A program made the translations under genes and the position numbers. 64,000 nucleotides of DNA, from positions 46,918,470 to 46,982,469 of the forward strand of contig NC_057719.1 in assembly GCF_004010195.1 (NCBI RefSeq), read 5' to 3'. Position 1 is the first letter of the stretch, and each line of letters starts with the position of its first letter. This document shows, piece after piece, positions 61,148 through 64,000 of the stretch. The stretch is from Chiloscyllium plagiosum (lineage: Eukaryota). The notes below the pieces were generated by a model. That model was not told the DNA's origin, did not search any database, and saw only the letters and a program-made list of their open reading frames with translations.

Positions 61148-62384
61148 AGTAGTAGGTGTAATGAGAGGTTGACTACCTACACCTCTCCCTCTTAACAGGA
61201 AGCCACATACTGCAGTCATAATTCCAGGAATATAGGTTAACATACAGTGAATGTGGTAGTTCTTCAATTCATTAATGGCATAACCTACAAGTCATAACAC
61301 TACTGCAGTGCATACAAAGTCAATGAAAGAATAATCATGGAACACAACCTCAGAACTTAAACTCCTGCCATGAATTGGAGGAGAGTCACAGGAGCTCCAA
61401 TGATAGTCAGCAGGTGCTGACGTATTCACTTCATCATGTCACTCAAAATTGACTATTTTCTCGACTGTACTGATTGGGATAAAGGAGAAAGACTTTACTG
61501 GAACTCGTCATCTCACGCTGATCAATTTTTCAGCTTTATAAAGGCCACTAAATGCATTAGTGAGAACTGTAAATGAAACACCAGAGAAAATAAAGAAGGA
61601 ATCAAGAACAGAAACTACCGTCCCATTTACATCCTACTCAGTAACTTTCAGCATACATAATTAACATTGTGATCTATTGGAAACACTTGCCGCAAACTGA
61701 ACTGCAAGCATGTTTTAAAATGAAAATAGAGGGTGGGCAATGATACCACTCGAGTAGGGGAGGATTGTTTTGGGAGAGGGCTGGTCTGCATAGTGTATGT
61801 CAAAACTATGGCATTCTGCAAAGACTGTGTGTGGGGCTGTGACTGTGAGAGCAGTTCAATACATTTGGGCGTTCGGCTCTTGCAACTGCAGAAATGTAAA
61901 TCCCCCAGGAAGATGTTTGGTCTTCATATGTGCTAAATTAAAGATCAAAATTGCGTATCAAAGGCCATCTTGATAGCTGACAATTCAAGTCAGGGAAATA
62001 CCATCTCGAGTATGGAAAACAATAGCTCTGTAAAATCTGGGAAGGTAAATAACCCAGCTTTACCGCATACCAGATTCAACACTGAGTCAACAATTTCACA
62101 TCATAACCTCTGGTCCCCTAACATTTTTTTGTCAGTCTGTTTGTTTCAGTTCTCATTGGTAATGATTCTGCATTTCCCATTGACATCTCTCAGTACACCA
62201 TTATCTCTTTACTTGCTCCCATGACCATCCCCTTGCATTCTACCATCATCTCTATATTGTCTTCTGTCTTTTACCCAATCATAGACCTTCCCCATCCAAT
62301 TTCCATCATTTCTCAGCTAATGTACTTGCTTAAATCCTGTTGCATCTCTAATTTTCCCAGTGTTAAAGATCAACTGGAAACATG

Positions 62385-62870
62385 TTTGAAGACCATAAGT
62401 TGTAAGAGTAGAAGAAGACCATTCAGCCCATCCAGTCTGCTCTGCCTTTCAATAAGATCGTGGCTAATCTGACAATCCACAACTCCACTTCTCCCTGTAA
62501 TCTTTGATTCCCTTACTGATTAAATCTAATGACCCAGCCTCAATACTTCTATGGGATAAAGAACTCCACAGCTTCACTACCCTCTGAAAAAAGAAATTCC
62601 TCCTCAAATCTGTTTTAAATGTGTGACCCTTTTATTCTGAAATTATGCCCTCTGGTTCTGGACTCACCACCAGGGGAAACAACTTTTGCACATCTAACCC
62701 TGTCAAGTCCACTAAGAAACTTGTATGAGTCATGTATGGTCATCTTTCATTCTTCTAAATTCCTAAGAATACAAGTACAACGTACTCAACTTCTCCTTGT
62801 CAGTCAATCCATCTATACCTGGTATCAACTAAGTGAAACTTCTATGGACTGCATCCAATATCAGTACATC
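62385..62870 (-). mobile_element. Decayed CR1 3' fragment
   Basis: accattcagcccatccagtctgctctgcctttcaataagatc tail and downstream CR1-like sequence. Confidence 0.75.
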
Positions 62871-62877
62871 TTTAATA

Positions 62878-63105
62878 AAAGCCAAATGCTGTAAATCAGA
62901 AACAAAAACAGAAATTTCTGGAAAAGTTCAGCAGGTCTGGCAGCATTTGTGGAGAGAAATCTGAGTTAATGTTTTGGATCAAGGGACCTTTCCTCAGAAC
63001 TCTGAGGAAAGGTCACTTGACATGAAACATTAACTCTGATTTCTTTACACAGATGCTTCCAGAGCTACTGAGCTTTTCAAGAAATTCCTATTTTTGTTTC
63101 CAGTT
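62878..63105. repeat. Head-to-head inverted pair of short PLE-type termini (~105-bp arms, centre 62999-63000)
   Basis: gacctttcctcaga|ac|tctgaggaaaggtc. The arms continue as imperfect reverse complements out to aaacaaaaacagaaattt / aaattcctatttttgttt. Confidence 0.85.
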
Positions 63106-63234
63106 TATCTTTATTTAAATAAGGTGCCCAAAACTGTTGACAGTAATCCAGCTGTGGTCTCACAAGTGACTTATAATGATTTAGCAAAACTTCCCTCCTC
63201 TAATACTCTATTTCTTTTGAAATATAGGCCACCC

Positions 63235-63505
63235 TCCCACGCTGTGTGTGTGTGTCCCTCCCTCGCTGTGTGTGTGTGTGTCCCTCCCACCCCAGTCTGA
63301 CCTATCACCCTCACCTTGACCTCTTTCCACCTATCACATTTCCGACGCCCCTCCCCCAAGTCCCTCCTCCCTACCTTTTATCTTAGCCTGCTGGACAAAC
63401 TTTCCTCATTCCTGAAGAAGGGCTTATGCCCGAAATGTCGATTCTCCTGTTCCCTGGATGCTGCCTGACCTGCTGCGCTTTTCCAGCAACACATATTCAG
63501 CACAA
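63235..63505 (+). mobile_element. PLE 3' terminus with hammerhead motif at 63410-63441
   Basis: Reverse complement of ~60605-60825; CTGAAGA-a-GGGC-ttat-GCCC-GAAAT-GTC. Confidence 0.88.
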
Positions 63506-64000
63506 ATATCAGAAACCATACAGAGCAGCTCTGGACTAACAGTGTGTATCTGGGTGCACTAGCACATTTGAAATATGCATTCGATGGTTGGCATATGGCA
63601 TCACCTGGCAGTCGCAAGTTGTTATGGACATGGTCAACAATGGAATGTGGATAGAATTTGCCAAGTGCGGTGTAATAGGGATGTACTATGTAATTATGGG
63701 GTGTGTTTGATAAGGTACAGGAGATCTCACAAGACCTCATAGCAAAACAACCTCAGGGAAACTCAACAAAACTGATTAAGTTTATGCAGAGAGTCTAGAA
63801 AGTTGTTCCAGAAACATTGTACACTAAATGTTCTACTTAACACAGAATATTCTACAAGGATTGTTGACTACTTAAAGCGTGATAAACCACCTGACAAGAG
63901 GAGACAGACATCCCTTCACAACAAATACCATATGTGACAACATCAGTTCAAAATCCTAGGCAATCAAATGCAACAGTATCTTGTCCCAGCTGTGGTTTCA

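Overview
Vertebrate genomic DNA, almost certainly from a shark: it carries elasmobranch HE1-type V-SINEs and the CR1 and Penelope-like repeats typical of sharks. The only host protein-coding gene is BMP4 on the minus strand. It has two coding exons (12074-11723 and 11075-10246; 393 aa), a 5'UTR exon (12832-12712) and a 3'UTR with two AATAAA signals. The remaining ~45 kb upstream is gene desert filled with CR1 and L2-like LINEs, several tRNA-derived SINEs, Penelope-like elements (PLEs), decayed Gypsy and Harbinger fragments, a 466-nt assembly gap, and repeat-free islands that may be enhancers. Four observations stand out. (1) A spliced 17-codon uORF in strong Kozak context overlaps the BMP4 start codon and appears conserved to human. 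(2) A 31-bp minisatellite just upstream of the 5'UTR exon carries the PBX-MEIS/PREP decamer TGATTGACAG (about 21 exact copies counting those in the unique flanks), spaced about three helical turns apart. (3) The BMP4 S2 prodomain cleavage site is an optimal furin site (RMRR) rather than the minimal RxxR of tetrapods. (4) Three families of PLE-associated termini carry minimal hammerhead ribozyme motifs with covarying stems, one in BMP4 sense orientation. Repeat boundaries are approximate and repeat family names come from motif recognition, not database searches. Comparisons to human BMP4 are from memory and need checking by alignment.
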